Translations under genes and position numbers: made by a program
Notes under the pieces: generated by a model
Databases searched by the model: none
Told to the model about the DNA's origin: nothing
The model's input: the letters and a program-made list of their open reading frames with translations, nothing else
Assembly: GCA_963707025.1 (NCBI GenBank)
Contig: CAVPOM010000007.1
Span: 486,864 to 550,863, forward strand
Source: an uncultured Verrucomicrobiae bacterium
GTDB taxonomy: Bacteria; Verrucomicrobiota; Verrucomicrobiia; Limisphaerales; Palsa-1400
Direction: 5' to 3'
Length of the DNA stretch: 64,000 nt
In this document: piece by piece, positions 10,776 through 22,291 of the stretch
Layout: every line of letters starts with the position of its first letter
Numbering within the stretch: the first letter of the stretch is position 1

Positions 10776-12128
10776 TCATGTATTATCTTTCGCGATTTCA
10801 TACCAAAAGACCGTTCCGCTGCCTTTCTTAGCAAGGATGCGTTTCTTCACGAGATCAGCAATTTGTCTCTTGGCGGTGGCTGACTTGACCCCCGCGATTT
10901 GTTCGTATTCCAATCTCGAAATCTTTCCCTTGTTGAGAGCGTGTTGCAGGGCTTTTACCTGCCCCTCCTTCAACCCCAAGCTTCCGAATTTCCTTTCGGC
11001 TGAAATTGTCCGATAGAATATGGTCCGAAATGAAGATGCGCGCGACTCAAACTCCGGCTCCGGCACCCCGGCCTCCCGGCAGTCAGTGATCATCCGGCCA
11101 GTCCCGGTTCCAAACTGCTCAATATACTTGATGAGGAAAAACGCGCGCGCGATCAGTTTATTGCGGGGTTTCGACTCGTGGGATTTTCTCAGGTCATCCA
11201 CCGTCAAATCGAGTGGCAGGCTGCCGGGATTCCAAATTTCGAGCTGGTCGTCAAAAATCTTGACCACCACGTTTCCGCTATCGGCGTAGTCCCGATGGCA
11301 TACTGCATTGATGATTCCCTCACGCACGGCGTCCAACGGGTATTCCCATCGCTCTTTGCGTGCCAGTTGTCCTTCGATTTTCGCCGCCATTCTGATATTT
11401 CGTTGAACGAACGCCATCGCTTCTTCCACCTGGGCAACGATGTCCCCTTCAATCACTTTCATGTCGAGGAATTCGACCTCTGAGTTTCCTTTAAACCGGC
11501 CACACCGCAGGTATCCTTGCACCAGAAAATGTTGCGGCCTTTGGCCAAAGAGCAGCAAGGCGGCTACCGTCAACTGCCCGTTGCGTGTTAGGTCCAACTG
11601 ATTGAGCGCCTGTTGCACAGGCGTCTGCGGGTCAATTGGCCATTGCCGTTCCGCTATGGCGCGGTTCAGGAATTTGCGAACCTTTTCCGGGTCAATGTCG
11701 CTGAGGCTCGCGTCAGATTCTACGGTCTGATCCCACGTCAGCCCTCTCGACGCGAGATAAAGTTCGGCAACTTCACTGGCGGATAACACCTGATTGGTGC
11801 GTCCCGACCGGCGATACGGGCGGCCGAATGCTGTAACGGGCTTGGTTTGGTGTTCCGGCACGTCCACAACAATGACGGTCGCCCCTGGCTCGTCCTGGGT
11901 CGTAATGGCCGGCACGACCTTGGGCGTGGTATTTTGTGCGATTCTGTTGGCCAAGTCTTCCAAAGTGCCTTTGCCAATCTGTACGCCGGTGATGCGGCCA
12001 TCGTCTGCCACGCCTACAAAAACCTTCCCGCCCTGTGCCGAGGCAAAGGCGGCACAAGTTTCCACAATGTCGCGCCACAGGCTCAACGACTCTTTCCGTT
12101 CAACCGTTTGTCCTTCTTCGGGAATCAT
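10776..12128 (-). CDS. AlbA_2/Schlafen-like domain + HATPase_c_4 (RecG C-terminal-like) + wHTH protein
   Basis: EGQTVERKES...AFASAQGGKVFVGVADDG; EYPLDAVREGIINAVCHRDY; RNKLIARAF...IEQFGTG; C-terminal wHTH. Confidence 0.9.
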   Translation of the reverse strand: MIPEEGQTVERKESLSLWRDIVETCAAFASAQGGKVFVGVADDGRITGVQIGKGTLEDLANRIAQNTTPKVVPAITTQDEPGATVIVVDVPEHQTKPVTAFGRPYRRSGRTNQVLSASEVAELYLASRGLTWDQTVESDASLSDIDPEKVRKFLNRAIAERQWPIDPQTPVQQALNQLDLTRNGQLTVAALLLFGQRPQHFLVQGYLRCGRFKGNSEVEFLDMKVIEGDIVAQVEEAMAFVQRNIRMAAKIEGQLARKERWEYPLDAVREGIINAVCHRDYADSGNVVVKIFDDQLEIWNPGSLPLDLTVDDLRKSHESKPRNKLIARAFFLIKYIEQFGTGTGRMITDCREAGVPEPEFESRASSFRTIFYRTISAERKFGSLGLKEGQVKALQHALNKGKISRLEYEQIAGVKSATAKRQIADLVKKRILAKKGSGTVFWYEIAKDNT

Positions 12129-12550
12129 TATGTTCGGCTTTTCTTTCAGATCAGCCGCTGTTTCCCAATGGTGTGGTTACAGGGCATGAATTGCAAGTGG
12201 ACGCGCTCCTTTCGCAAACTTGCTGGCGAGTAGTTGTCCGAATGGACTCCTGCGCCCCGAATGGGCCAAAAATCTGCGCTTCGGTCTGGATTTGCGGCGC
12301 GGAGAGTGGAGCGGAGCGATGGAACAGGGCGTCAGGGGTGGAATCCGAAGCGCAACGCCGCAACGCAAGTCCAGACCGAAGCCAAAGGGAAGCCGCGACG
12401 AGCGCGCGGTTTGGCGACAGGAACGGACAGAGGCGGGCGGGGTGAGGGACGCCTGCTGTCTGTGGAAGGAGCCAAAATGAGCGTTGGTCGCGGCGGGGAA
12501 TTTGGGCGGGGTTTGCCGTTATCTAAGATTGAGAAAAACGGCAGCCCAAG

Positions 12551-12692
12551 TGACCAATCGGACGATTCTGAAAAAACATCGGACGATTCGCCTGGGTCTC
12601 AGATCGGTCGCCTGGGCCGGGTGTTTTTTGAATTCCGGTGTGAGCCAACTTGACGATTACCGAAATTCGCTTGACGATTGGTTGACGATTCT
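12551..12692 (+). repeat. (T/G)GACGATT octamer array, site 2
   Basis: Copies at 12560, 12581, 12651, 12672 and 12683. Confidence 0.7.
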
Positions 12693-13010
12693 CTGAGGGC
12701 ATATTTCGGTTGCCTGAACACGGTGGCTGTCGAGTTTCGTCGTGACCCAACTTTACGATTGACCAAAATGCGTTTAATGATTGGTCCGTGTTCCCGATGT
12801 CCCAATTGTCCCATAACCGTCTCGTTTCGCCAGGAAACAAGCTCCGACTTGTCCGGTCGCCCATAAAACTGCTTTAGGCACGACTGATTTTATCCCTTTA
12901 AAAGAGACAGAATCACTTAAAGTTGTCTCTCTGAGAGCGAGAAATGTTCTCGCCAAAAGCCCATCCATTCGGAAACAAGGCGCGACCACGAAACAATCAA
13001 CTGAATCTTT

Positions 13011-13235
13011 TCAAATGATCCCTGTTGTCTCCTTCAGGAAGCGGTCGAGGTCGTCTCTGGAATAGATCGGGTGGCGCAGTGCCAATGAAGGATGCAGAAG
13101 GCCCCGCTTTCTCAAGCGGTCTATGGTTGCGGGCGTCACGCCTAAATAAACTGCGGCTTCGGCGCGTTTGAACCCTTTTTTCTCGACTGTCGCTCGATTG
13201 ACGGTTCCCGTGGATTGTGCATCTCTTTTGGCCAT
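13011..13235 (-). CDS. HTH_17/excisionase-like DNA-binding protein
   Basis: FKRAEAAVYLGVTPATIDRLRKRGLL...YSRDDLDRFL. Confidence 0.85.
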   Translation of the reverse strand: MAKRDAQSTGTVNRATVEKKGFKRAEAAVYLGVTPATIDRLRKRGLLHPSLALRHPIYSRDDLDRFLKETTGII

Positions 13236-13245
13236 AAATCCTCCT

Positions 13246-13452
13246 TTACTCTGATTTAAGCAACCGGAGCAGTTCGGTGCGGGGCACGAGCAGCTTGCCG
13301 CGCAACGCCCGGCACGCTTTGAGTTTGCCGCCTTGGACGAGGCGATAAATGCTGAAATAATGCACGCCCAGCATATCGGCTGCCTCCTGTATAGAGTAGG
13401 CCAGACGCTCGGTTGTCATGGGGGACTCCTCGGTTTTTGAAATCGTTTCCAT
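13246..13452 (-). CDS. HTH_17/excisionase-like DNA-binding protein
   Basis: RLAYSIQEAADMLGVHYFSIYRLVQGGKLKA...LVPRTELLRLL. Confidence 0.85.
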   Translation of the reverse strand: METISKTEESPMTTERLAYSIQEAADMLGVHYFSIYRLVQGGKLKACRALRGKLLVPRTELLRLLKSE

Positions 13453-13824
13453 AAGTTTAAAAATCGTCTTTGTGTTGAAATCATAAATATCAGGCGCAAC
13501 GCATCCATTACAAAAATCAGCGTTATTTCCAGTCTCGGAATTATCCAAGATTCCCCAAACAACCAGGGCAATTCCCAACCGCGACTTGGCCGGTGAGTTG
13601 GCCGGTCGCCGGGCGAGTGCGTTCCTGGCCGCATCGGCGCGTGGTCCATGTCAATTCTCTCGCCGATGGGACGGGAATTTTAGCAGCACCATTTTCCTAA
13701 ACCAGGCCATCCGTCGGAACCGGTCAGTCGGCAAACAGCACGGAGAGTTCATTCAGAACCATGATTGCGGGTTGGACTTATGCGGTGATAGATTTCGGTA
13801 GAATGGTGATAGAAAAGTGATGGG

Positions 13825-14496
13825 TTATCGCCGGAGGACAATGCCCAACATCAGCCCGAACGAAACGAGCAAGGACGCAACCAAAAGGTAGGCGAACCAG
13901 TCCCGCTTGGTCAGGCGCTGCTCCAACCGCTCCCGTTCCTTGTTCATTTTTTCCCGCGCCATATTGAAATCCTCCTTTGCCTTGTTCCACGATTCGGTTC
14001 CCTGATTGAGATCGTCCTGGATTTTTCGGGCGACAGCCTCAAACTCGCGCGCTTTCGAGCATATTTGGGTGGCGATGCCGTGGATGACATCGTTGTAACC
14101 TGACACCGTCATGTCGTATTGCTTCAATCTTCCGTCTATTGCTTCGATGGTGGTCTTGGACTGAGCCGCAATCTGTCGGCGGTGGTCGGCTTGGACGGCG
14201 TCCAACAGTTTTTTGGAGTCACTGGCAAGCCGACGCGCATCATCCAGTGCGCTGTTGAATTGCTCCGAAAAGCGGGCGCGGTGACTGGCTTGGTCTCGCT
14301 GCCAATTTTTTTGGGAATCCCTCAGAATATGAGGCAACCGTCCGATGGCTCGCCATTGGGCCTTGGTCAACAATGCCAGTTGCACCGGAAATGAGTTTTC
14401 ATCGCCGCTGCACCATTCGGCCAGAATTTTTCGCAAGCGTTTCGCCTCTGCCGGATTAACGCCGTCACACAACAAATCAAAGTCAGTGTCCATCAT
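13825..14496 (-). CDS. Coiled-coil protein with C-terminal TM (positional TraM/StbC analogue)
   Basis: Third gene of a tight operon; helical; C-terminal WFAYLLVASLLVSFGLMLGIVLRR. Confidence 0.55.
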   Translation of the reverse strand: MMDTDFDLLCDGVNPAEAKRLRKILAEWCSGDENSFPVQLALLTKAQWRAIGRLPHILRDSQKNWQRDQASHRARFSEQFNSALDDARRLASDSKKLLDAVQADHRRQIAAQSKTTIEAIDGRLKQYDMTVSGYNDVIHGIATQICSKAREFEAVARKIQDDLNQGTESWNKAKEDFNMAREKMNKERERLEQRLTKRDWFAYLLVASLLVSFGLMLGIVLRR

Positions 14497-14499
14497 AAA

Positions 14500-15318
14500 T
14501 CATTCTCCAAAATTAAGTTGCGGTTGCGGCCTCTCGATTTTCCATTCCCGTTGAGGCGGCAATTTTGGTTCGGGAATGAGCGCCGTTGGCAGGAGCGACT
14601 CGGCAATCGAGTCGTATTGTTGGAACATACGCTGCATGGCCCACTGGATTTCCCCGGCCAGCAACCGTTCCAAGTGGCCCGCTTCGATGCGCGACAATTC
14701 GGCGAAGCTCAATCCGTGCTTCGCGTTGGCCTCGGCCTTCTCTGCGGCCAGCAACGTTGTTGGCGTGACGGTCGGCAGGGTGATGGTCTTCGCCCCGAAT
14801 TCCGCCAATTGCTTTTCCAGCGGCGAGCCTTTGAACAGATCGCCCCGCGCTTTGGCCGGATTATGGACGATGACATAATCCACCCGGTCGCCCGCGTACA
14901 GGAACAGTCGCCCCGCGTTGGTCATGCTCTCCGTGTCGTCGGTCGGAAACAGGAAAAAGGTCAATCGCACGTCCTGCTCGGCGCAGACATCGAGCACCTG
15001 CAATTCCTCCAATGCCGCCATGATGAGCGCGTCCGCCTGGGCGCGTGTGTCAATGACGTGAACCGGCGCGGTGTCTTTGAGCACTCGCCGGAAAAGACTG
15101 AGCAGGGCCGTCTTGCTCTCGTGCTCATTGCCAAGCTGATAGGAGCGAACGGCGTCCTTGTGCCGACTGGCAAATGTGTGATGCCGGTCGTCGAGGTCGG
15201 AGCCGTTCCATTGAACGCCAAGCTGGTCGAGCCAGGCGGTGCGGAATTCCGCTTCAAAACTTTTGCCAAGGTTTCCCTTGGACTGTGGATTTAAGTGAAT
15301 ACGACGTGTGATGTTCAT
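14500..15318 (-). CDS. ParA/MinD-like P-loop ATPase (TraL/StbB-like)
   Basis: Deviant Walker A RIHLNPQSKGNLGKSF, DLDDRHHTF and VHVIDT. Confidence 0.7.
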   Translation of the reverse strand: MNITRRIHLNPQSKGNLGKSFEAEFRTAWLDQLGVQWNGSDLDDRHHTFASRHKDAVRSYQLGNEHESKTALLSLFRRVLKDTAPVHVIDTRAQADALIMAALEELQVLDVCAEQDVRLTFFLFPTDDTESMTNAGRLFLYAGDRVDYVIVHNPAKARGDLFKGSPLEKQLAEFGAKTITLPTVTPTTLLAAEKAEANAKHGLSFAELSRIEAGHLERLLAGEIQWAMQRMFQQYDSIAESLLPTALIPEPKLPPQREWKIERPQPQLNFGE

Positions 15319-15716
15319 AATTTATTTGGATCGTTAAGGTTTAGACTGTCAGGACTCGGTTGCCGAAACGAACGCGAGGCCGGAATGGCCGCAAGAACCG
15401 GCTTGCGGTTTGATTCTGGCCGACTGGCCGGCTCATGTGGGAGGGTGGGTGGCACGGACAGCGTTCGGCCTTCGTCCTCCCAATGATGCCGGTCCTGGCG
15501 CTTCACGTATCTGCGATAGAATTGATGCAGACCTTGGAGCGTGATGCGGCAGCTTTCTTCAACTGCGAGCCGTTCGGCGATTTCCCTCCACGTTTTGCGC
15601 TGCTGGCGCTGTGCGCGGATGATGGCCACGAATGGCTCAACGCGGCTGTGAAAGGCGCGTCCGCCGCCCTTGCTGGCCGCCACTGCGTTTGTTTTCGTCT
15701 CCGATTCCATTGCCAT
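15315..15716 (-). CDS. Small DNA-binding protein (TraK/StbA-like)
   Basis: IIRAQRQQRKTWREIAERL...ITLQGLHQFYRRY followed by a Pro-rich tail; first gene of the operon next to repeats and the putative oriT. Confidence 0.5.
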   Translation of the reverse strand: MAMESETKTNAVAASKGGGRAFHSRVEPFVAIIRAQRQQRKTWREIAERLAVEESCRITLQGLHQFYRRYVKRQDRHHWEDEGRTLSVPPTLPHEPASRPESNRKPVLAAIPASRSFRQPSPDSLNLNDPNKL

Positions 15717-15808
15717 AACTTTAAATCAGCAATGGCCGACTGCGTTAATCGGCAGTAGGCGAGTTAGCCCGATTCGTGGGAGAGTTAAACCGATTAGGTT
15801 TTGCGCCT

Positions 15809-15887
15809 GTTGAAAGGCGCTGAAATGGCGTTGAATCGCCGCGTTGAAATCCGTTGAGGCGCGTTGAATCTGTCAGCACCCTTCAAC
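15809..15887. promoter_or_regulatory. G(T/C)TGA(A/G) direct-repeat array (putative stbS-like binding site)
   Basis: Copies at 15809, 15819, 15830, 15843, 15853 and 15863, plus an inverted TTCAAC at 15882. Confidence 0.55.
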
Positions 15888-16415
15888 GCCTTGCGACACG
15901 AGAATTCGTGCAGATCGGCACATAGCCGCCAAACCTACGATTTGTTCGTAGGGGTAGGGCGTCCACCTTTTAATTCCACACGCATAGAGTGGAAACAAAC
16001 GCAATCTTGCGTATGAAAGTGAGGCGAATGCTGCCGTGTGGCGATGTTTGAATGAGAAATGCATCCCTGGTTCCAGCAATTCGATATTGTGACCGCTCCC
16101 ATGCACTGAACGCCTGACCCGAAGCCAGAGCGGAACGGAGCGAGCCGAGGGGTTACGGGCGGCAGGCGAAGTGAAGCGTGGCTGAGGGCAGGCGTTGAGT
16201 GCGGAAACCCATATGGATGTTTCCGGTTAAGGCGCTTTGTCTGCTCGGTTTTCGGTGGCGGCAGGGGGAAAAGCCGGGCAGTCAAAGCGCCGGGACATTT
16301 TGATTCGGCTGGCCGGAATTGTGCGGTCACAAATTGCCTTGATTGTTGTGCCGTAGGCGGTTGTCTCGATGAGAATGCCCGAAAATGCTGGTTATTCTCG
16401 TTTTCCGAACGAATA

Positions 16416-17399
16416 ATCCAGTTGCCGCGCCCACACCTCCTGTTGTTCCTCCCACAGGAACTTGAGTTCCCGCAAGAGATGCTCGTTGCACAGGGCATGC
16501 TGGCATTGCTCATAGGCAAAATAGGGTTTCCAGTGATCATGCACGACCCATTGGCGGCAAGCGCCCACGATGCCCAAAGCGTCCATCGCCTCGCCGCCGC
16601 GCTTGGGATGCACACCGTAGCAGGTCAGCGTGGCCGTCGAAGCCACATGCAGCCAGTGTAACTCCCCGGCCACGCGCAGGCCGCTCTCGTCCAGATGAAC
16701 CACCGGCGCTTGCGGCACCTGGCAGGCCAGCGCCTGCGCGAAGGGATCCAACTGATGATAGGCGCGCTCATTGGCCGCCGCCAGCGTCGCCAGACTCAAA
16801 GGCTGCCCAAATATATCGTCGCACAATTGGGCCAGCCGGTCATAGGGCAGCAACTGCTGCTGGTTCAAATACACCATCAAGCTTTGAAAACGCGGCCCAT
16901 ATTGCGCCGGAGCGCTCACCCCGTTCGGAAAATCCGCGCTGACAGTCTGGCCGCAACGCGGACAACCCTTGATCTCGGCCCGATGTTCGGTCACCGCCAG
17001 GGAAAGCTCCGGCAAGTCGAACATCTGGCGGCTTTCATAGTCCAGCACCGGCTCCCGGCCCAGACCGCGCCCGCCGCAGTGCGGACAGTTTTCCAGCCGG
17101 TGAACCTCAATGTGATCGGGGGTTTTGACCCGCTGCAAGGTATGGCCCGGATGACCGGGTTGGCCGCCCGGTTTGAGACCGCTGGGGCCGCGCAAACTTT
17201 TTGGGCTGGGTTTGTTCAGGCCGTCGCTGGAGGGCGGCTTGCCGCTGTTGGAACTGTTGCGGGCCACTTGGCCTTCCAACTCCTGGACTCGCTGTTCCAG
17301 TTGCACCAAACGTTCCTGCAAGGCCAGGATAATATCCACCAACGCTTCGGGCTGGCTGCGGGCCAGGGGCAACAGTTCTTCACGCGTGAACAGCTTCAT
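16416..17399 (-). pseudogene. tnpC: IS66-family transposase, 3'-truncated
   Basis: NSSNSGKPPSSD, KPGGQPGHPG, CPHCG/CPRCG Zn finger, VHLDESG and VHDHWKPY...HALCNEHLLREL. Similarity stops abruptly after WARQL. Confidence 0.9.
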
Positions 17400-17930
17400 T
17401 GACACAAGACCTTTCGAAAATCGGTTTGCAGGGGATAGACCCAAACATCCTTCACCGGCGCTTGCAGAACGTGCCGGCAATCCTGCCGGGTGCGCCCTTG
17501 CGTCTGACCGGCGCAAATCCAGTTGGCCGCCCGATAACAACTGCCTCGGAACCGGCCCCGTTCCACAAAGGTCTCCAACAGGGCCACCCCATGGCCGTAG
17601 CGCCCCTGCCAGTCCGCCGCGATGCGCCGGGCCACTCGGCCCAAAATGTGGCTGGCCAGTTCCGGCACGTCCACCCAGGGCAAAATCAAAAACCGGCTGT
17701 TGTTGGCCACCTGGCCCAGATGAGCCTGCCGCTGGGCGGCCGTCCAGCCAATGAAGGCATCCCGCCCCCGCGTTTTCCACGCCGCCGCGCCAAACAAGAC
17801 ACAGGCCAAATCCCGCCCCTGCCGGTCCCGCACCAGATACTTGACGTTTTGCCCGACGGCGCTGGTGTAGCCCAAATAATGATACTGATGCAGCAACCAG
17901 TCAAAGACAGGCCCCGCTTCGGGCTGCCGT
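17396..17930 (-). pseudogene. DUF4338 / Druantia DruA-like IS-associated protein, 5'-truncated
   Basis: HYLGY, RDAFIGW, NNSRFLILPWV...LASHILG and LLETFVE...GSCYRAANWICAGQTQGR; ATGA overlap with the transposase. Confidence 0.8.
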
Positions 17931-17967
17931 GAACCAGTCTGCCGGAAAACTCACGGGAGACATATTT

Positions 17968-20900
17968 ATGAAACAAAAGCCAACTTGGTTCGGTCCAATC
18001 CTCGTTATTGGAGTGTGGTTGGCCGCAGTGGCGATGCCGTCAGCGGGAGGTGCTGTCACCTTCAAAAATCTTCATTCTTTCCTAGTCTTGACCAATGGCA
18101 GCAACCCGAACGCGCTGGTTCAGGGAGGGGATGGGGGCTTTTATGGCACGACCTCCGGCGGCGGAACCAACGGAGGTTATGGCACGGTGTTCAAGATCAC
18201 GACTAACGGGGACTTTACAACGCTCCACGCCTTCGCTGGGAGTCTGGACGGTAGCACACCAAACGCCTTGGTGCTCGGGATCAACGGCAACTTTTATGGT
18301 ACGACCCAATTCGGCGGAAGCAATGGCCTGGGCACGGTGTTCAGGGTTTCAACCAATGGAGTGCTGACTACGATGTTCTCCTTTGTGCCTGTTCAGCGTG
18401 GGTTCGGCGGCCCGGTTCTGCCCCCATTTCCTTCCCAGTTTTCCCCTTCATCCATCGTGATAACCGAGCCACCGCAAAGTCCCCCAACAACTTCGCCTCT
18501 ACAGCCGCCGTTCGGTTTTGTATACACCAACGTGGTTGGCCAAAATCCAACGGCTCCACTTGTACAGGGCAGTGACGGCAATCTCTACGGTACAACCACT
18601 GCGGGCGGGACGAACGGCGTTGGCACGGTGTTCATGATTTCCACAAATGGGACGGCAGTTCCTTTGTATTCGTTCACTGGCGGCGCGGACGGTTCGACTC
18701 CCGCGTCGGCATTGGTGCAGGGCAACGATGGCCAATTCTATGGAACTACTTCTTCTGGTAACGGATCTGTGTTCAGAATTTCGACAAATGGCACTTTCGC
18801 CAACATATATGCCTTTACTGGCAGCGCTGACGGCAATTCTCCCAACGGCTTGACGCTGGGAAAGGAGGGTAATCTTTATGGCACGACCCAGTACGGTGGC
18901 AGCAACGGGAATTACGGCACAGTTTTCAAAATATCGTCCGACGGCCTTCTGACAACTCTTCACACGTTTGGATCCCTCGTCAACGGCACGAATGGTTCGC
19001 TGGATGGCCAATACCCAAGTGCAGCATTGACATTGGACACGAACGGTAACTTTTTTGCCACGACAAGAGCGGGTGGAGTTTACGGCGTAGGCACTGTTTT
19101 CCGATTGGCGACGAATGGGACGCTAACGACGTTGCACTCGTTTACCGCGACGAGCGATGGGGCGGCGCCTGCCAAAGAGATTGTGCGAGGTGATGACGGC
19201 AACTTCTACGGCGTTGCGCAAGGTGGTGCGGACGACGCAACAGCAACCATCTTTAGAATCTCGCCCGGAGGTTCCTTTGCTTCCGAGTATTCCTTCCCAG
19301 GGGCCACGGATGGCTCAACGCCAAATGGATTGACGCAAGGCAGGGACGGAAATCTCTACGGAACTACGCAGGACAACCTCGGCACCATATTCAAAATCAC
19401 GCCACAAGGGGCATTGACGACCTTGTATACGTTCAACTCGCCGGAAGTCGGAGATCGTCCTGCCGCAGCGCTTTTGCTAAGTTCCGATGGCAATTTCTAT
19501 GGCACGACAGCATCGGGCGGCACGAACAATTTTGGCACCGTGTTCAGATTCAGCCCCAGTGGGACCCTCTCCACTCTTTATTCATTCGGGATGATCCAAT
19601 ACTCGATCACAGCCGTGGACGGCAATTCGCCGGTCGCTCCGCTCACCGAAGGTAACGACGGTAGTCTGTACGGCGTAACGGAATCCGGAGGTTATTATGG
19701 ATACGCTGGCACCGTTTTTAACATCGGCACGCATGGTGGCTTCACTTCTTTATATTCATTTACCGGCGGCCCTGACGGGAACGGCCCCGATAGTGCGCTG
19801 ACGTTTGGGCCTGACGGAAATCTTTATGGTGCAGCCCCCTCTGGCGTACTTTTCGGGAATGGAACCATTTTTCGAGTTTCGACGAATGGAACCTTGACTT
19901 CGCTCTATTTTTTCCCAGCACCCGTCACAACCAATGGCCAACCCCAGGATGACACCGACGTAGGCGCAAGCGGTCTAGTTTGGGGAGGAGACGGTTACTT
20001 CTATGGCACAACGTCAGTAGGCGGCGACTTCGATGAAGGCACGGTATTCAAGGTAACAACGAATGGCAGTTTGACCACATTGTATTCGTTCACGGGCGGA
20101 ATTGATGGAGGCAATCCCTCAGGCGGACTATTACTAGCCAGCGACGGCAACTTCTACGGCGTGACGACTTTCGGTGGCACGAATGGCCTCGGCACATTGT
20201 TCAGCGTCACTCCTGGCGGCTCATTGAATAGTCTATACGCGTTTGGAACGGCTACCAATGCCGCCGGTAACTCTTTGGACGGCCAAAACCCGGTCGCCGC
20301 GCTCGTACAGGGTTTGGATGGAAGCTTCTACGGCACAACTCCACATGGCGGTACTGCTCAAAACGGCACATTATTCCAGCTTTCTGTCGGGCTACCCCAA
20401 TTGACGCCGCCTGCCATCATTGCCCAGCCGGCCAGCGAGACAGACGTCGAGCTGGGAAGTGCAGTCAGTTTTGGCGCGTTGGCTGTTGGCAGTTTGCCTC
20501 TCAACTATCAATGGCAGAGAAACGGCACGAATTTAGTTGACGAAGGGAATGTTTCAGGAGCGAACTCGAACATCCTAACGGTGCGTCCCGTCGCCTTTTC
20601 CGACGCAGCGGCGTATACACTTGTTGTTTCCAACCCATATGGTTCGGTTAGCAGCGCCGTCGCTTTCCTGAGCTTCGACCGAACCAACGGTTCTGGCCCC
20701 ACCATTAGCATCACTTCCCCTGCACTCAACGCTCGCACAACCAATCTGCTTTCCGGTGTCGCCTCTGACAGGGTTGGCATCATCGGCGTGGCCTATACCC
20801 TAACCAATTTCGGAGAACGCACGACCGTTGTTCATGGGGAGGCCGAGCTTGGTCCCGGCACGACGCGACGAACGTGGACCGTCAGACCATTGCCTGGGAA

Positions 20901-22270
20901 GAATTTCATTAGAGTCGAAGCCGTCAACTATGCTGACGTTAGCTCTGCCACCGCCAGTCGCGGGTACTTTTATGTGGAGCGAGCTTCGTTGGACATGGCC
21001 GTCACAGGCACTGGGACTGGCAGGGTAACAGGCACAGCTCTGGTGGCCGGAGACGCCGCGCCTGCCAGTCAAGCGCAGCTAAACATTGGCGAAACTTATC
21101 AGGTTAGCGCCCAGTCCGCTTCGAACTCGATGTTTGGTGGATGGACAATTACGACTCCAAGCCAAGTAATTAGTACGAACCAACCGACGATCCGCTTTAT
21201 CATGGAAAGCAACCTCTCGCTCTCCGCTGATTTTGAAACCAATCTATTCTTAGCAGCGCAGGGGACTTACAACGGACTATATTTCAGTGAGTATCTGTCA
21301 AATGCGACCGTTGATACAGCGGGATTGCTGAGTGGGCTGGGCGTCCGAAAGAACGGCGTTTATAGTGGCAGGCTTTGGATCAATGACATCGGTTACGCCA
21401 TCAGCGGCAGCTTTGATGCCTTTGGCAATGCTACCAATAATATCAACCGTCTCGCTCGCCAAGGTGGCCCGGTGACGCTGGAGATGCATTTCATAAGTGC
21501 CGCGGGAGATTTGGAGGGTTCCGTCTCGGGCAATAATGCCGCCGGGCCGTGGGTGTCGGACCTTCTTGCGCGCCGCGCGGCAGCCATCTTGCCTTCTGGC
21601 CAATATACAATGGTGATTCCGCCAATCGCCAATAGTTCCACGAATTCGCCGGGCGGCTACGGCTACCTATTGGTAACCAATAATCAAGGGGATGCTCAAC
21701 TGGCCGGAGCGTTGGCCGACGGAACGACGTTCAGTCAGGCCGTCGGTGTGTCAGCGGAAGGTTACGCACCGGTTTATGCGAGACTTTATGCAAATACTGG
21801 CTTGTTGCTTGGTTGGATTAACCTCCAAAGCAATACCGCCCCGGACGTCGGATTGACTTGGATTCGGCCTGCCCGCGCCAGATCATTGTACAAGGGCGGT
21901 TTTACCAATCTCGCTTTGGGTGACGAACTGCCCATTTCTCCTTGGACAAACCCGCCGCCCGCCTCCCTATTCCGGTCACTGACGAACCTGGTTATATCGG
22001 AGACGTTGGATGCCACAACCGATTTGTTAACCTTCGACGTCGACGTTCACGAACTACTTCTTGAGGAAAATGGGAGTTCTCCCGATGAATTCCCTAACCG
22101 GTTCGGTCAGCGCCAAAACTGGACTCTTGAGGGTGGCCTTTGGTGGCGGCAATCATACGCCAATTACCACGGGCTATGTGGTGATCCTCCAGAACGTGAC
22201 AAATGGCGGCGGTTTCTTTGTTACCAAAACAATGGACGGGGTAATCCAGTTGTTCCCAAACGGACCGTGA
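17968..22270 (+). CDS. Secreted choice-of-anchor GloVer-type tandem-repeat protein with Ig domain (frameshift near 22050)
   Basis: Signal peptide; many LVQGxDGNFYGTTxxGGxxGxGTVFxI repeats; Ig motif LPLNYQWQRNG. The natural C-terminus is probably in ORF 22061..22270 (GGGFFV). Confidence 0.85.
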
Positions 22271-22291
22271 TATTCTTAAATCTGTTCAAGC

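Noticed and set aside
17396..17930. Druantia defence system
   Set aside because: Only a truncated DUF4338 coupled to IS66; no DruE helicase or other dru genes.
18100..20400. CRISPR-like or DNA-level repeat array
   Set aside because: The periodicity comes from degenerate protein repeats in the GloVer gene; there are no identical repeats with spacers.
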